A stretch of DNA of 64,000 nucleotides from an uncultured delta proteobacterium (GCA_963845515.1 CAWJSR010000039.1:1-64000); one strand, 5' to 3'. Shown: positions 50,266 to 63,491, counted from the first letter of the stretch. Numbers and translations: made by a program. The notes: generated by a model not told the origin, from the sequence alone.

Positions 50266-50769
50266 CTACGCCTTGGCCTTGGCGCTCGCCGCCCGCTTGG
50301 CGGCCTTCTCGGCCTGGTACTTCGTCACGGGGGCCGGGATGAGCTCGATCTTGCCGCCGGCCTTCTCGATCGCCGCGCGCGCGCCAGCCGTGACCCGGTG
50401 AACCTTGACGCTCACCGCGCTCTTGAGCTCGCCGCCCGCGAGGATCACGACCGCATCCGCCGCCTTGCCGACGAGCCCCGCCGCCTTCATCGCGGCAGGA
50501 TCGACGATCCCCTGGAGCCCGTCGAGATCGCCCGCCCTGACCTCGGCGAACTCACGGCGGTGGATGTTGTTGAAGCCGAACTTCGGAAGGCGCCGCTGCA
50601 GCGGCATCTGGCCGCCTTCGAAGCCTTCGAAGCGCATGTTGCCGGAGCGGGCCTTCTGGCCCTTGCCGCCGCGGCCGGCCGTCTTGCCGAGACCGGACGC
50701 CTGCCCACGGCCGACGCGCTTGCGAACCTTGGTCGCGCCCTTGGGCACGCTGAGCTTGTTCAGAGACAT
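50266..50769 (-). CDS. rplO: 50S ribosomal protein L15
   Basis: GKTAGRGGKGQKAR, FEGGQMPL. Confidence 0.97.
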   Translation of the reverse strand: MSLNKLSVPKGATKVRKRVGRGQASGLGKTAGRGGKGQKARSGNMRFEGFEGGQMPLQRRLPKFGFNNIHRREFAEVRAGDLDGLQGIVDPAAMKAAGLVGKAADAVVILAGGELKSAVSVKVHRVTAGARAAIEKAGGKIELIPAPVTKYQAEKAAKRAASAKAKA

Positions 50770-50805
50770 GATGAGGTGACTCCTTTTATCACGCGGGGTG
50801 CGCGG

Positions 50806-51039
50806 CTACGAGCGCGCGGCCTTCGCCTTGCGGGCCTTGCGGCCGATCGGCGCGGGGGCGTCGACCTTCTCCCACTCGATGAGGTACGCGACCTTCTCGA
50901 TCATCCCCATGGTCTGGGGCGTGTCCGGGAGGATCTTCGTGGAATTGGTCTTCTTGAGGCCGAGCCCCTGGACCGTGATCCGCTGGCCCGCGGGAACGCC
51001 CGCGAGCCCCCTGATGAGCTTCACCTTGATGGCAGCCAT
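50806..51039 (-). CDS. rpmD: 50S ribosomal protein L30
   Basis: LGLKK...DTP...GMI; position between rpsE and rplO. Confidence 0.93.
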   Translation of the reverse strand: MAAIKVKLIRGLAGVPAGQRITVQGLGLKKTNSTKILPDTPQTMGMIEKVAYLIEWEKVDAPAPIGRKARKAKAARS

Positions 51040-51057
51040 CGATTAGTTCCTTCCTAG

Positions 51058-51564
51058 CTAGGCGCCCGTGATCTCGGCGACCTGCTTGCCGCGCAGGCGG
51101 GCAACGTCCTCGACGTTGCGAAGCCGCTTGAGGCCGGCGACCGTCGCCTTCAGGACGTTGTGCGGGTTCCGGGAACCCTGGCACTTGGTGAGCACGTTGC
51201 GGATGCCGGCCGACTCGAGGACGGCGCGAACGGCGCCGCCGGCGATGACGCCGGTACCCTCACCGGCCGGCTTGAGGAGCACCTTGCCGGCGCCGAAGAC
51301 CCCGATGACCTCGTGCGGGATCGTCGTGCCGATCATCGGCACCCTGAAGAGGTTCTTCTTCGCCTGGTCGCCACCCTTGCGGATGGCCTCAGGGACCTCG
51401 TTCGCCTTGCCGAGGCCGACGCCGACATGACCCTGGCCGTCACCGACGACGACCAGCGCCGAGAAGCTGAAGCGGCGGCCGCCCTTCACGACCTTGGCGA
51501 CGCGGTTGATGTGGACCACTCGGTCCGTAAGCTCGAGCTCGTTCGCGTTGATGGGAGTAGCCAT
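51058..51564 (-). CDS. rpsE: 30S ribosomal protein S5
   Basis: [21 protein letters not shown]. Confidence 0.98.
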   Translation of the reverse strand: MATPINANELELTDRVVHINRVAKVVKGGRRFSFSALVVVGDGQGHVGVGLGKANEVPEAIRKGGDQAKKNLFRVPMIGTTIPHEVIGVFGAGKVLLKPAGEGTGVIAGGAVRAVLESAGIRNVLTKCQGSRNPHNVLKATVAGLKRLRNVEDVARLRGKQVAEITGA

Positions 51565-51588
51565 TCGTTCTCCGTGTTCCCGTCGGGC

Positions 51589-51948
51589 CTAGAACTCGAG
51601 GCCCGCGTCGCGCGCTGCTGCGGCAACCGCCTCGATACGGCCGTGGTAGTCGAAACCGTTCCGGTCGAACACGGCCCGGGTGATCCCCTTCGCCGCCGCC
51701 GCCTTGGCGAGCGCGGCGCCGACCTTCTTGGCGGCCTCGGACTTGTCGGCGTCGCCGACCTCGCCCTTGAGCGCCTTCGCGGTCGTGCTCATGCTCACCA
51801 GGGTCTTCCCGGCGACGTCGTCCACTAGCTGGGCGTACATGTGCTTGAGGCTCTTGTAGACGGTGAGGCGCGGACGCTCCGCGGTGCCGCTGATCTTCCT
51901 GCGGATGCGGGCCTTGCGCTTCTCGCGCGGCGTGACGTGCTTTGCCAT
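51589..51948 (-). CDS. rplR: 50S ribosomal protein L18
   Basis: [15 protein letters not shown]. Confidence 0.97.
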   Translation of the reverse strand: MAKHVTPREKRKARIRRKISGTAERPRLTVYKSLKHMYAQLVDDVAGKTLVSMSTTAKALKGEVGDADKSEAAKKVGAALAKAAAAKGITRAVFDRNGFDYHGRIEAVAAAARDAGLEF

Positions 51949-52008
51949 GATCTCTCTCCTCCTTGCGGCGGCGGTGGGTCAGCCGCCGCATGAGCGGGTT
52001 AGTGCCGG

Positions 52009-52551
52009 TTAGGCGGCGCCGGTCTTGCCTTCCTTGCGCCGCACGATCTCCTCCGCGTACTTGATGCCCTTGCCCTTGTAGGGCTCGGGCTCGCGGAGGC
52101 CGCGGATCTTCGCCGCGGTCAGGCCGAGCAGGTGCTTGTCGACGCCCCTGACCGTGAGGCGGGTCTGCTTGGGATCGACCTCGGCGGTGATCCCCTCGGG
52201 CAGCTTGTAGACGACGGGGTGCGAGAAGCCGAGGGCGAAGTGGATGTCCTTGCCCTTGACCTCCGCCTTGAAGCCGACGCCGCTGATCTCGAGGACCCGC
52301 TCGTAGCCCTTGGAGACGCCGTCGATGGCGTTGCGCACCAGGGTGCGGGTCAGGCCGTGGAGCCCACGGGCCAGCCGGCTATCGTCCGGGCGGAGGACCT
52401 TCACCTCGCCGGTGCCGACCTCGACCTTCATGATGGCGTTGAAGGGCATGGTCATCTTGCCCTTCGGCCCCTCGACCTTGAGCACGTTCCCGGCGACGGA
52501 GACCTTCACCTTCTCCGGGATCTTGATTGGAAGCTTGCCGATTCGAGACAT
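52009..52551 (-). CDS. rplF: 50S ribosomal protein L6
   Basis: MSRIGKLPI, PEPYKGKGI. Confidence 0.98.
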   Translation of the reverse strand: MSRIGKLPIKIPEKVKVSVAGNVLKVEGPKGKMTMPFNAIMKVEVGTGEVKVLRPDDSRLARGLHGLTRTLVRNAIDGVSKGYERVLEISGVGFKAEVKGKDIHFALGFSHPVVYKLPEGITAEVDPKQTRLTVRGVDKHLLGLTAAKIRGLREPEPYKGKGIKYAEEIVRRKEGKTGAA

Positions 52552-52562
52552 GGACGGCTCCG

Positions 52563-52961
52563 TTACCAGACGGTGCAGATGAGCTCGCCGCCCACCTGCT
52601 GCTTGCGAGCCTCGCGATCGACCAGGACCCCCTTCGAGGTCGAGAGGATCGCGATACCCATGCCGTTCAGCACGCGCGGAATCTCGTCTGTCGAGACGTA
52701 GCGGCGGAGCCCGGGCTTCGAGACTCGCTTGATGTCGCTGATCGCGGGTTCGCGATCAGCGCTGTATTTCAGGAGGACCGTGATGGCCCCCTGTGGGCCG
52801 TCCTGGTGGACGACGAAGTCCTTGATGAACCCTTCGTCGCGCAGCACCTCGGCGATCCGGACCTTGAGCCGGGACGCCGGGACCAGCACCTTTTCATGAC
52901 GCGCCGCGGAAGCATTCCGGATGCGCGTCAGCATGTCGCCAATGGGGTCGGTGAAGCTCAT
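52563..52961 (-). CDS. rpsH: 30S ribosomal protein S8
   Basis: [20 protein letters not shown]. Confidence 0.98.
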   Translation of the reverse strand: MSFTDPIGDMLTRIRNASAARHEKVLVPASRLKVRIAEVLRDEGFIKDFVVHQDGPQGAITVLLKYSADREPAISDIKRVSKPGLRRYVSTDEIPRVLNGMGIAILSTSKGVLVDREARKQQVGGELICTVW

Positions 52962-52976
52962 TCTCTCGATCTCCCT

Positions 52977-53162
52977 CTACCAGCTCGACTTGATGACGCC
53001 CGGGATCTCGCCCTGGAGCGCGCGCTTGCGGAAGCAGATGCGGCACATCTGGAACTTGCGCAGGAAGGCGCGAGGGCGGCCGCAGATCGGGCAGCGGTTG
53101 TACTGCCGCACCGGAAACTTCAGCTTGCGCTTCGCCTGCGCCATCTTGGAAAGCTTGGCCAT
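52977..53162 (-). CDS. rpsN: 30S ribosomal protein S14 (short Zn-binding type Z)
   Basis: RCPICGRP...CRICFR. Confidence 0.97.
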   Translation of the reverse strand: MAKLSKMAQAKRKLKFPVRQYNRCPICGRPRAFLRKFQMCRICFRKRALQGEIPGVIKSSW

Positions 53163-53186
53163 GGTTTCTCCTCGTGGGTTCCGACG

Positions 53187-53729
53187 CTACTGGCGGAACG
53201 GCATGCCGAGGAGGCGCAGCAGCGCGCGCCCTTCCTCGTCGTTCCGGGCGGTCGTAACCACGGTGATGTTCAGCCCCTTGATCTTCTCGATCTTGTCGTA
53301 GTTGATCTCGGGGAAGATGATCTGCTCGCGCAGCCCGAGCGTGTAGTTGCCCTTGCCGTCGAAAGCCTTCGGCGACACGCCCTTGAAGTCACGGACGCGC
53401 GGCAGCGCGATCGAGACCAGACGGTCGAAGAACTCGTACATCCTGTCGCCGCGGAGGGTCACCATCGCACCGATGCTCTGGCCCTGACGCAGCTTGAAGT
53501 TCGCGATCGACTTGCGCGCCTTGGTCACCACCGGCTTCTGGCCCGTGATTGCGGCGAGCTGCTCCACCGATGCGTCGATGATCTTGCCGTTGTTGATCGC
53601 CTCGCCCAGCCCCATGTTGACGACGATCTTCTCCAGGCGGGGAGCCTGCATCGGGTTGGCCCACCCGAACTCCTTCAGGAGCTCGGGGAGGAGTTCCTTC
53701 TCGAATCTGTCCTTGAGCCGCGCTGCCAT
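53187..53729 (-). CDS. rplE: 50S ribosomal protein L5
   Basis: [21 protein letters not shown]. Confidence 0.98.
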   Translation of the reverse strand: MAARLKDRFEKELLPELLKEFGWANPMQAPRLEKIVVNMGLGEAINNGKIIDASVEQLAAITGQKPVVTKARKSIANFKLRQGQSIGAMVTLRGDRMYEFFDRLVSIALPRVRDFKGVSPKAFDGKGNYTLGLREQIIFPEINYDKIEKIKGLNITVVTTARNDEEGRALLRLLGMPFRQ

Positions 53730-53792
53730 CTTCATCTCCTTGCCTTCGTCCGGCGCCTGCGCTGCCGGGCGATGCGAACCTGCGTTCGGTTG

Positions 53793-54110
53793 CTACTTGG
53801 CCGCGCGCTTGTCGGCGCGGGCCTTTTCCCTGGCCCCCAGCTCGCGCGCGATCTTCTCGCGCCGGACCGGCTTGCCATCCTTGCCGACGACCATCACGTT
53901 GGAGATCTCGATGGAGCCGATCTTCTCGATGATGCCGCCCTCCTGATTCGCCTGGCTGCGGCCGCGCTTGAGGTGCCGCTTGGCCTTCATCAGCCCTTCG
54001 ACGCGGACGCGACCCTTCGCGGCCAGCACCTCGAGGACCGTGCCGGTGTTGCCACGCTCCTGGCCGGCGATGACCTTGACCTTGTCGCCCTTGCGGATCG
54101 TGGTGGCCAT
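53793..54110 (-). CDS. rplX: 50S ribosomal protein L24
   Basis: KGDKVKVIAG, GGIIEK, SNV. Confidence 0.95.
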   Translation of the reverse strand: MATTIRKGDKVKVIAGQERGNTGTVLEVLAAKGRVRVEGLMKAKRHLKRGRSQANQEGGIIEKIGSIEISNVMVVGKDGKPVRREKIARELGAREKARADKRAAK

Positions 54111-54478
54111 TAGAGGACCTCCGGCGCGAGGCTGATGATCTTCATGAACTTGCGGGCGCGGAGCTCGCGTGCGACCGGCCCGAAGATGCGGGTGCCGATC
54201 GGCTCGAGATCCTTGTTGATGAGGACGGCGCTGTTCCCGTCGAACCGGATGTAGCTGCCATCCGGCCGCTGGACCTCGCGCGCCGTGCGGACGATGACCG
54301 CCCGGGCGACCTCGCCCTTCTTCACCTTGGCCTGCGGGATCGCCTCTCGCACCGACACCACGATGACGTCACCGATGCTCGCGTACCTGCGGCGGCTGCC
54401 GCCGAGCACCTTGATGCACATCACCTTCTTGGCGCCGGAGTTGTCGGCGACGTCGAGGATCGTCTGTTGCTGGATCAT
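54110..54478 (-). CDS. rplN: 50S ribosomal protein L14
   Basis: [20 protein letters not shown]. Confidence 0.98.
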   Translation of the reverse strand: MIQQQTILDVADNSGAKKVMCIKVLGGSRRRYASIGDVIVVSVREAIPQAKVKKGEVARAVIVRTAREVQRPDGSYIRFDGNSAVLINKDLEPIGTRIFGPVARELRARKFMKIISLAPEVL

Positions 54479-54481
54479 GGG

Positions 54482-54754
54482 CTAGACCTCCGCGCCCTTC
54501 TCGATGGTCTCGACCACGCGCCAGCGCTTGGTCTTGGAGAGCGGCCGGCTCTCGGCGATCCGCACGCGGTCGCCGACCTTGCACTGCTGCTCCTCGTCGT
54601 GCGCCGTGTACTTCTTGGCGCGGTTGACGATCTTCCCGTACTGGCTGTCCGGCACCCGGCGCTCGACCCGAACGACGACGGTCTTCGCCATCTTGTTCGA
54701 GACCACGACGCCGACGCGGGTCTTTCGATTTCGACGCTGCTCCATGTCGGTCAC
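54482..54754 (-). CDS. rpsQ: 30S ribosomal protein S17
   Basis: [20 protein letters not shown]. Confidence 0.97.
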   Translation of the reverse strand: MTDMEQRRNRKTRVGVVVSNKMAKTVVVRVERRVPDSQYGKIVNRAKKYTAHDEEQQCKVGDRVRIAESRPLSKTKRWRVVETIEKGAEV

Positions 54755-54969
54755 TCCTTCTTCCCGGCCTGAGCCGCCTGGCCCTGCTTCTCGCGGGCGA
54801 TTGTGAGGCAGCGGGCCACGTCGCGCCGCGTCTCGGCGAGCGCGGCGGTCGAGTCGAGCACGCCGGTGACGTGCTTGTTCTTGAGCTCGAAGAGCGTCTG
54901 CTCGAGCTCCTTGGCGCGGGCGATGAGCTCGTCCGCTGAGAGCTCGCGCAGCTCCTTGATGGTCGCCAT
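54751..54969 (-). CDS. rpmC: 50S ribosomal protein L29
   Basis: ELREL...RRDVAR; conserved position. Confidence 0.93.
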   Translation of the reverse strand: MATIKELRELSADELIARAKELEQTLFELKNKHVTGVLDSTAALAETRRDVARCLTIAREKQGQAAQAGKKE

Positions 54970-54979
54970 GGCAGCCTCC

Positions 54980-55396
54980 TTACAGAGTCTCGCCGCGCTT
55001 TACGACGCGCGTGGAGACGGGCAGCTTGTGAGCGGCGAGGGTGAACGCCTTCTTCGCGATTTCGTCGGTCACGCCGACCATCTCGTAGAGGATGCGCCCC
55101 GGCTTCACCACGGCGACGTAGTACTCCACGTTGCCCTTGCCGGTGCCCATTCGGGTCTCAGCCGGCTTCTTGGTGATCGGCTTGTCCGGGAACACCCGGA
55201 TCCAGAGCTTCCCGCCCTTCTTCACGTAGCGGGTGATGGCGACGCGGGCCGCCTCGATCTGGCGAGCCGTGAGCCAACCACACTCCGTGGCCGCGAGGCC
55301 GTACTCGCCCTGAGCGAGATCGGATCCCCGGTAGGCCTTGCCGCGCATGCGGCCCTTCATCATCTTGCGATATTTAGTTCGCGCCGGCTGAAGCAT
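54980..55396 (-). CDS. rplP: 50S ribosomal protein L16
   Basis: [22 protein letters not shown]. Confidence 0.98.
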   Translation of the reverse strand: MLQPARTKYRKMMKGRMRGKAYRGSDLAQGEYGLAATECGWLTARQIEAARVAITRYVKKGGKLWIRVFPDKPITKKPAETRMGTGKGNVEYYVAVVKPGRILYEMVGVTDEIAKKAFTLAAHKLPVSTRVVKRGETL

Positions 55397-55426
55397 TGCC
55401 GTCTCCTGGTGTCCTGGTGCTCGCGG

Positions 55427-56101
55427 CTACGGCCGGGCGCCGCCGGTGCCGCGCGCAGGGCGCGCACCCGACGACTGCGGCAGAACCTCGCCGCGCATGA
55501 TCCAGACCTTGCAGCCGATCTTCCCGTAGGTCGTCTTGGCCTCGGCGAACCCGTAGTCGATGTCCGCACGAAGCGTGTGGAGCGGAACGCGCCCCTCGCG
55601 GTACCACTCGTACCGCGCCATCTCGGCGCCGCCGAGCCGGCCGGAGCACGCGACCCGGATCCCCTTCGCGCCGAACTTGAGCGAGGTCTGGACCGCCTTC
55701 TTCATCGCACGCCGGAAGGCGATGCGCCGCTCGAGCTGCGTCGCGATGTTCTCCGCGACGAGCTGCGCGTCGGTCTCGGCCTTGCGGACCTCGACCACGT
55801 TGAAGAAGACCTCGTTCTCCGTCAGCGCCTGGAGGTCCTTCTTGATCGTCTCGATCCCAGCGCCGCGCTTGCCGATGACGATCCCGGGGCGCGCGGTGTG
55901 GACGTTGATCTTGACCTTGTTGGCCGCGCGCTCGATCTCGACACGGGAGATGCCCGCCTGCGCGAGCTTCTCCTTGACGAACTCACGAAGCTTGATGTCC
56001 TCGTGGAGCCACTTGGCGTAGTTCTTCTCTTCGTACCACTTCGAGTCCCAGGTGCGGATGACCCCGAGGCGGAACCCGATTGGGTGAACTTTCTGTCCCA
56101 C
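55427..56101 (-). CDS. rpsC: 30S ribosomal protein S3
   Basis: [25 protein letters not shown]. Confidence 0.98.
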   Translation of the reverse strand: MGQKVHPIGFRLGVIRTWDSKWYEEKNYAKWLHEDIKLREFVKEKLAQAGISRVEIERAANKVKINVHTARPGIVIGKRGAGIETIKKDLQALTENEVFFNVVEVRKAETDAQLVAENIATQLERRIAFRRAMKKAVQTSLKFGAKGIRVACSGRLGGAEMARYEWYREGRVPLHTLRADIDYGFAEAKTTYGKIGCKVWIMRGEVLPQSSGARPARGTGGARP

Positions 56102-56115
56102 GTTCGTCTCCTTGC

Positions 56116-56559
56116 CTAGCCGCGGGCGGCGATGCCGAGTTCCACGTAAACGTGGCTGGTCTTCTTCTCGATCTTGGTGGCGCGCCCCATGGCCCGTGCC
56201 ATGAAGCGGCGCATCTTCGGGCCCTGGTCGACGAGCAGCGTCTTGACGAAGAGCGCGTCCACGTCGACGTTGCCGCCCTTCTGCTCGGCATTGGCGACCG
56301 CCGACCGCAGCAGCTTGGCGAGGTGGCTCGCTGCCGCCTGCGGCGTGAACTTGAGCAGCGCCAGCGCGTCACCGACCTTCATCCCCCGCACCTCGTTCGC
56401 GACCAACCGCACCTTGCGGGGGGTCACGCCCAGGTAACGGAGCGTGGCGTGCGGGCCGTCCGGGCGCTTGGCTTCGCGCCGGGCTGCCTTCACTTCCTTG
56501 CGGCTCACCCTCGGCTTCGCCGGGGCAGCCTCGACCTTCTTGGTCTTCTTCTCGGCCAT
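56116..56559 (-). CDS. rplV: 50S ribosomal protein L22
   Basis: [21 protein letters not shown]-terminal extension. Confidence 0.96.
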   Translation of the reverse strand: MAEKKTKKVEAAPAKPRVSRKEVKAARREAKRPDGPHATLRYLGVTPRKVRLVANEVRGMKVGDALALLKFTPQAAASHLAKLLRSAVANAEQKGGNVDVDALFVKTLLVDQGPKMRRFMARAMGRATKIEKKTSHVYVELGIAARG

Positions 56560-56572
56560 GATCGAACGCTCC

Positions 56573-56872
56573 CTACTTCTTGGGCGGGCCCGCCGAAGCG
56601 GAGGCCGCCTTCTTCTCGGCCGAGTGGCCGTGGAAGGTGCGGGTCGGGGCGAACTCGCCGAGCTTGTGGCCAACCATGTTCTCGGTCACGAAGACGGGAA
56701 CGAACTTCCGCCCGTTGTGGACCGCGAACGTGTTGCCGACGAAGTCCGGCAGGATGGTGCTCCGCCGCGACCAGGTCTTGATGACCGCCTTCTTGTTGGT
56801 CTTGTTCGCGTCCTCGACCTTCTTGGTGAGGTGCTTGTCTGCGAACGGACCCTTCTTGATCGAACGCGCCAT
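56573..56872 (-). CDS. rpsS: 30S ribosomal protein S19
   Basis: [20 protein letters not shown]. Confidence 0.98.
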   Translation of the reverse strand: MARSIKKGPFADKHLTKKVEDANKTNKKAVIKTWSRRSTILPDFVGNTFAVHNGRKFVPVFVTENMVGHKLGEFAPTRTFHGHSAEKKAASASAGPPKK

Positions 56873-56892
56873 GCGTCAGTCCTTCCCGTCCG

Positions 56893-57741
56893 CTACTGCG
56901 GCGTATTGCGAATGCCGGGCTTGCGGCGGCTAACGATGAACTTGTCGGTGCGGCGGTTGTTGCGGGTCTTGAGCCCCTTGGTCTTCTGGCCCCAGGGGGA
57001 AACCGGGTGCGGGTTACCCTGCCCCGACTTGCCCTCGCCACCACCGTGCGGGTGATCGACGGGGTTCATCGCGAGGCCGCGGACCGTCGGCCGGATACCC
57101 AGCCAGCGGCTCTTGCCGGCCTTGCCGACCCGGACCGCGGAGCTCTCGATGTTCGAGAGCTGACCGATGGTCGCCTTGCAGTCGACCAGGACCTGGCGGA
57201 CCTCACCGGAGGGCAGCCGGATCTGCGCGTACTTCCCCTCCTTCGCCATGAGCTGGCCGAAGGAGCCCGCAGACCTGATCATCTTCGAGCCGGAGCCGGG
57301 CTGCGCCTCGACGTTGTGGATGATCGTGCCGACCGGGATGGCCCGGACGGGCAGCGCGTTCCCGGGGCGGACGTCGACGGCGTCGCCCGAGACGAGCGTG
57401 TCGCCGACGCTGACGCCGATGGGCGCCAGGATGTAGCGCTTCTCGCCGTCCAGGTAGTGGAGCAGCGCGATGCGCGCGGTGCGGTTCGGGTCGTACTCGA
57501 TGGAGGCGACCTTGGCCGGCACGCCGTCCTTGTCACGCCGCCAGTCGATGAGCCGGTAGCGCCGCTTGTGGCCGCCGCCGATGTGACGGGTAGTGATGTG
57601 CCCGTGGTTGTTGCGCCCGCCCGACTTCTTCATCGCGACGGTGAGCTTCTTCTCGGGCTTCGCCTTGGTGATCTCGGCGAAGTCCGACACCGTCATGTGG
57701 CGCCGGGCGGCGCTGGTAGGCTTGTATTCCTTGAGGGCCAT
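56893..57741 (-). CDS. rplB: 50S ribosomal protein L2
   Basis: [21 protein letters not shown]. Confidence 0.98.
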   Translation of the reverse strand: MALKEYKPTSAARRHMTVSDFAEITKAKPEKKLTVAMKKSGGRNNHGHITTRHIGGGHKRRYRLIDWRRDKDGVPAKVASIEYDPNRTARIALLHYLDGEKRYILAPIGVSVGDTLVSGDAVDVRPGNALPVRAIPVGTIIHNVEAQPGSGSKMIRSAGSFGQLMAKEGKYAQIRLPSGEVRQVLVDCKATIGQLSNIESSAVRVGKAGKSRWLGIRPTVRGLAMNPVDHPHGGGEGKSGQGNPHPVSPWGQKTKGLKTRNNRRTDKFIVSRRKPGIRNTPQ

Positions 57742-57759
57742 GATCTCTCCGTCCCCTGC

Positions 57760-58053
57760 CTACGTCCCCTCGAAGAGGGCGATCGTCTCGCCCTCCTTCA
57801 AGGTCACGAAGGCCTTCTTCCAGTTGGGGCGGCGGCCGATGCTCCGGCCCACCCGCTTGTTCTTCCCACGGATCACCGCGGTGCGGACCGCGAGGACGTG
57901 GACGTTGAACAGCTTCTCGACCGCCTGCTTGACCTGGATCTTGGTCGCGTCGCGGTGGACCTCGAAGGCGAACTGCCTGCTCTCGGCCCTGTTCCGCTCG
58001 GACTTCTCGGTGACGAGCGGACGCTTTACCACGTCCTGGATGACGAGGTTCAT
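57760..58053 (-). CDS. rplW: 50S ribosomal protein L23
   Basis: [14 protein letters not shown]. Confidence 0.96.
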   Translation of the reverse strand: MNLVIQDVVKRPLVTEKSERNRAESRQFAFEVHRDATKIQVKQAVEKLFNVHVLAVRTAVIRGKNKRVGRSIGRRPNWKKAFVTLKEGETIALFEGT

Positions 58054-58670
58054 GACAGGCTGGCCTCCAGCTTCTTGGCAGTCGAAGCGGTGAGGATGAG
58101 CACGTCGTGGTTGAGGATGTCGTAGACGTTGAGCCCCTCGACCGCGAGGAAGTCGGCGCCCGCGATGTTCCTCACCGACCTGGCGAGGTTCACGTTGATG
58201 GCGCCGTCGACGACGAGCGCGCGGGGGGTCCCGAGCTTCTCGAGGATCGACGCGGCACCCTTCGTGCCCGGCTTTCCCGGCTCCCACTTGTCCAGGATGA
58301 GGAGCTTCTGCTCCTTGGCCCGGAGCGCGAGCGCGGAGCGCAGCGCGAGCCGACGCACCTGCTTCGGCACGTCGTAGGAGTAGTCGCGCGGCTTGGGGCC
58401 CATGGCCTTGCCGCCTCCCACGAACTGGCTGGCGCGGGTGGAGCCCTGGCGCGCGCGCCCCGTGTGCTTCTGCTTCCAGGGCTTCTTGCCGCCGCCGCTC
58501 ACGAGTGAGCGGTTCTTCACTGCGTGGGTGCCCGAGCGGTCGGAGGCGAGCTTCGCCTTGACGACCTCGTAGAACAGCTGCTCGTTCACCTCGCCAGCGA
58601 AGACGGCGTCGGCGAGATCAAGCTCGCCCACCTTCTTCTTGTCGAGATCGTAGACGTCGAACTTGGCCAT
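58050..58670 (-). CDS. rplD: 50S ribosomal protein L4
   Basis: [22 protein letters not shown]. Confidence 0.97.
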   Translation of the reverse strand: MAKFDVYDLDKKKVGELDLADAVFAGEVNEQLFYEVVKAKLASDRSGTHAVKNRSLVSGGGKKPWKQKHTGRARQGSTRASQFVGGGKAMGPKPRDYSYDVPKQVRRLALRSALALRAKEQKLLILDKWEPGKPGTKGAASILEKLGTPRALVVDGAINVNLARSVRNIAGADFLAVEGLNVYDILNHDVLILTASTAKKLEASLS

Positions 58671-58681
58671 GATCGCCTCTG

Positions 58682-58987
58682 CTACTTGATCTCCACGTCC
58701 ACGCCCGCCGACAGGTCGAGCTTCATGAGCGCGTCGAGGGTCTGGGACGTAGGCTCCAGGATGTCCAGGAGCCGCTTGTGCGTCCTGATCTCGAACTGCT
58801 CACGCGACTTCTTGTCGACGTGCGGGCTGCGGAGAACCGTGAACTTGTTGATCCGGGTGGGCAGCGGGATAGGGCCGGCGACCTTCGCGCCGGTCCGCTT
58901 CGCCGTCTCCACGATCTCGCCGGCCGACTGGTCGAGCAGCTTGTAGTCGTAGGCCTTGAGCCGGATCCGAATCTTCTGAGTCGCCAT
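58682..58987 (-). CDS. rpsJ: 30S ribosomal protein S10
   Basis: [28 protein letters not shown]. Confidence 0.98.
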   Translation of the reverse strand: MATQKIRIRLKAYDYKLLDQSAGEIVETAKRTGAKVAGPIPLPTRINKFTVLRSPHVDKKSREQFEIRTHKRLLDILEPTSQTLDALMKLDLSAGVDVEIK

Positions 58988-59077
58988 CGAAAAGCCTTCC
59001 GTTCAGTCAGCGCTGCGCGGCACCCACTCTCCGGCCCCAATGCCGGGGGAGGATGCCGCCGTTCGCCGGGAACGCTG

Positions 59078-60268
<1,191 letters not shown>

Positions 60269-60306
60269 GGCTAGCTCCCCTTCGGTACCTGGACGTCCCG
60301 GCGTCC

Positions 60307-62397
60307 CTACTTCGTGTCCGCAGCGCCCTTCGCCTTGGAGATGATGGTCTCGGCGATGCTGTTCGGGACCTGCGCGTAGTGATCGAACTGCATGGTGTAC
60401 GTCGCGCGCCCCTGCGTCTTCGACCGCAGATCCGTCGCGTAGCCGAACATCTCGGCCAGCGGGACCTGCGCCTCGATGACCTGTGCGCCGTGCTTCTGCT
60501 CCATCCCCTGGATCTTGCCGCGGCGGCTGTTGAGGTCGCCGATCACGTCGCCCATGTAGTCGTCGGGCGTCACGACCTCGACCCCCATGACCGGCTCGAG
60601 CAGGATGGGCGTGGCCCTCGCGGCGCCTTCCTTGAAGCCCATCGACCCGGCGATCTTGAACGCCATCTCGTTCGAGTCGACGTCGTGGTAGCTGCCGTCG
60701 AAGACCTCGACCTTGATGTCGACCATCGGGTAGCCAGCGAGGATGCCGCCCTCCATGGCCTCCTCGATCCCCTTGTCGATCGGCTTGATGAACTCCTTCG
60801 GGATGGTCCCGCCGACGGTCTCGTTCTCGAAGACGTAGCCGGTGCCCGGGGGCTGCGGGATGAGCCGCACCCAGCAGTGACCGTACTGACCCTTGCCGCC
60901 GGTCTGCCGGACGTACTTGCCCTCGGCCTCGACCGTCTTGGTGATCGTCTCGCGGTAGGCGACCTGGGGCTTGCCCACGTTCGCCTCGACCTTGAACTCG
61001 CGGAACATGCGGTCCACGAGGATCTCGAGGTGGAGCTCGCCCATCCCGCGCATGATGGTCTGGCCGGTCTCCTCGTCCGAGTGGACGCGGAAGGACGGGT
61101 CCTCCATCTGGAGCCGCTGGAGCGCGATGCCCATCTTGTCCTGGTCGGCCTTGGACTTCGGCTCGACGGCGACCGAGATGACGGGCTCGGGGAAGATCAT
61201 CCGCTCGAGGATGATCGGGGACGCCTCGTCGCAGAGCGTGTCGCCGGTGGTGGAGGCCTTGAGGCCGACCGCCGCCGCGATGTCGCCGGCGTAGACTTCC
61301 TTGATCTCTTCGCGCTTGTTGGCGTGCATCTGGAGGATGCGGCCGATGCGCTCCTTCTTGTCCTTCGTCGCGTTCTGGACGTAGGACCCGGCCTCGAGCT
61401 TCCCCGAGTAGACGCGGAAGAAGGTGAGGTTCCCGACGAACGGGTCGTTCATGATCTTGAACGCCAGCGCGGAGAACGGCTCCTCGTCGGAGGTCTTGCG
61501 GACGATCTCCTCGCCCTTCGGGTTGATCCCCTTCATCGGCGGCTTGTCGAGGGGGCTCGGGAGGAAGTCGACGACGGCGTCGAGGATCTGCTGGACGCCC
61601 TTGTTCTTGAAGGCGGTGCCGCAGATGACCGGGAAGAAGGCCATCTCGAGCGTGCCCTTGCGGATCCCGCGGGTCACCTCGTCCTTCGTGAGCGGGTGGC
61701 CGTCGAGGAACTTGGCCATCAGCTCGTCGTCGATCTCGGCGACGGTCTCCTCCAGCTTGGCGCGGTACTCCTTCGCCTGCTCGAGGAGGTCGGCGGGGAT
61801 CTCGATCTCCTGGTACTTCGCGCCCATCGTCTCGTCGTCGAAGGTGATCCCCTTCATCTTGACGAGGTCGATCATGCCGCGGAACTTGTCCTCGGCGCCG
61901 ATCGGGATCTGGATGGGGAGCGGCTTCGCGCCGAGCTTCTCGCGGATGGTGTCGACGGCGTGGAAGAAGTCGGCGCCGACGCGGTCCATCTTGTTGATGA
62001 AGCAGATGCGCGGGACCTTGTACTTGTTCCCCTGGCGCCAAACCGTCTCGGACTGGGGCTGCACGCCCTGCACGGCGTCGAACACGGCGCAGGCGCCGTC
62101 GAGGACGCGGAGGGACCGCTCGACCTCGATGGTGAAGTCGACGTGGCCGGGGGTGTCGATGATGTTCAGCCGGTGCTCACGCCAGAAGGCGGTGGTGGCC
62201 GCGGAGGTGATCGTGATTCCACGCTCACGCTCCTGCTCCATCCAGTCCATGACGGCGGTGCCTTCGTGGACTTCGCCGATCTTGTGGGTGACGCCGGTGT
62301 AGAAGAGGATGCGCTCGGTCGTGGTCGTCTTGCCGGCATCGATGTGCGCCATGATGCCGAAGTTGCGGTAGCGCTCGAGTGGACTGATGCGGGGCAT
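60307..62397 (-). CDS. fusA: Elongation factor G
   Basis: [28 protein letters not shown]. Confidence 0.99.
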   Translation of the reverse strand: MPRISPLERYRNFGIMAHIDAGKTTTTERILFYTGVTHKIGEVHEGTAVMDWMEQERERGITITSAATTAFWREHRLNIIDTPGHVDFTIEVERSLRVLDGACAVFDAVQGVQPQSETVWRQGNKYKVPRICFINKMDRVGADFFHAVDTIREKLGAKPLPIQIPIGAEDKFRGMIDLVKMKGITFDDETMGAKYQEIEIPADLLEQAKEYRAKLEETVAEIDDELMAKFLDGHPLTKDEVTRGIRKGTLEMAFFPVICGTAFKNKGVQQILDAVVDFLPSPLDKPPMKGINPKGEEIVRKTSDEEPFSALAFKIMNDPFVGNLTFFRVYSGKLEAGSYVQNATKDKKERIGRILQMHANKREEIKEVYAGDIAAAVGLKASTTGDTLCDEASPIILERMIFPEPVISVAVEPKSKADQDKMGIALQRLQMEDPSFRVHSDEETGQTIMRGMGELHLEILVDRMFREFKVEANVGKPQVAYRETITKTVEAEGKYVRQTGGKGQYGHCWVRLIPQPPGTGYVFENETVGGTIPKEFIKPIDKGIEEAMEGGILAGYPMVDIKVEVFDGSYHDVDSNEMAFKIAGSMGFKEGAARATPILLEPVMGVEVVTPDDYMGDVIGDLNSRRGKIQGMEQKHGAQVIEAQVPLAEMFGYATDLRSKTQGRATYTMQFDHYAQVPNSIAETIISKAKGAADTK

Positions 62398-62550
62398 TGT
62401 CGTTCCTGAAGCTTTCGTGCGTGCGCAAGCGAAGCCGCCCCTTGGCGGCGTCGCGACCTGACCGAGCTGTCAAAGACCTGGGCGGGTTTCGTTGAACCTT
62501 GCCAACCCGAGGCTGGCCGCCCTGTCCGACTCGATCCTCCTAGAAAACCA

Positions 62551-63021
62551 TTACCACCGGTAGTGGGCGAAGGCCTTGTTGGCCTCGGCCATCTTGTGCG
62601 TGTCTTCGCGCTTCTTGACCGCGTTCCCGCGGTTGTTGGCGGCGTCGATGATCTCGCCGGCCAGCTTCTCCTGCATCGTCTTCTCGCCGCGGCCCTTCGA
62701 GTAGTCGATGAGCCAGCGCATTGCAAGCGCCGCGCGCCGATCCTGGCGGACCTCGACCGGAACCTGGTAGGTCGCGCCGCCGACCCGGCGGCTCTTCACC
62801 TCGACCACCGGCTTCACGTTGTCGAGCGCCTTCTTGAAGATCTTGAGCGGATCGTCCTTGAGCTTCTGCTCGACCTGGTCGAAGGCGCCATAGATGATCT
62901 TCTCACCCGTGGCCTTCTTGCCCTGCCGCATCAGGTTGTTGACGAACTTCGCCACAATCCGATCCTGGAACTTGGGATCGGGGAGGATCTTCCGCTTCTC
63001 GACTTCGCGACGACGAGGCAT
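62551..63021 (-). CDS. rpsG: 30S ribosomal protein S7
   Basis: [23 protein letters not shown]. Confidence 0.99.
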   Translation of the reverse strand: MPRRREVEKRKILPDPKFQDRIVAKFVNNLMRQGKKATGEKIIYGAFDQVEQKLKDDPLKIFKKALDNVKPVVEVKSRRVGGATYQVPVEVRQDRRAALAMRWLIDYSKGRGEKTMQEKLAGEIIDAANNRGNAVKKREDTHKMAEANKAFAHYRW

Positions 63022-63038
63022 CTAAACCTATCCTTGGA

Positions 63039-63410
63039 CTAGCTCGGGCGCTTGGCGCCGTACTTGGAGCGGCTCTGCTTGCGGCCCTGGACGCCGACTG
63101 CGTCGAGCGTTCCGCGAACGATGTGGTAGCGAACGCCCGGGAGGTCCTTGACGCGGCCTCCGCGGATGAGGACCACCGAGTGCTCCTGGAGATTGTGGCC
63201 GACGCCCGGGATGTAGCTCGTCACCTCGAACCCGTTGGTGAGGCGAACGCGGGCGACCTTGCGGAGCGCGGAGTTCGGCTTCTTCGGCGTCGTCGTGTAG
63301 ACGCGGGTGCAGACTCCGCGCTTCTGCGGCGACTCCACGAGCGCGGGCGCCTTGTTCTTCCGCTTGATCTTCTCGCGCCCCTTGCGCACGAGCTGGCTGA
63401 TCGTCGGCAT
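63039..63410 (-). CDS. rpsL: 30S ribosomal protein S12
   Basis: [20 protein letters not shown]. Confidence 0.99.
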   Translation of the reverse strand: MPTISQLVRKGREKIKRKNKAPALVESPQKRGVCTRVYTTTPKKPNSALRKVARVRLTNGFEVTSYIPGVGHNLQEHSVVLIRGGRVKDLPGVRYHIVRGTLDAVGVQGRKQSRSKYGAKRPS

Positions 63411-63491
63411 CGGTCTGAAGTTCTTTCGTCAACAAAAACGCCCCGTTGTTCCTTTGGGGCGCGGGCTACAAACCCGTCGTGAGGGGCGCGG

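Noticed and set aside
45470..53162. Zn-binding (C+) forms of S4, L36 and S14
   Set aside because: These are the ordinary ancestral forms in core operons
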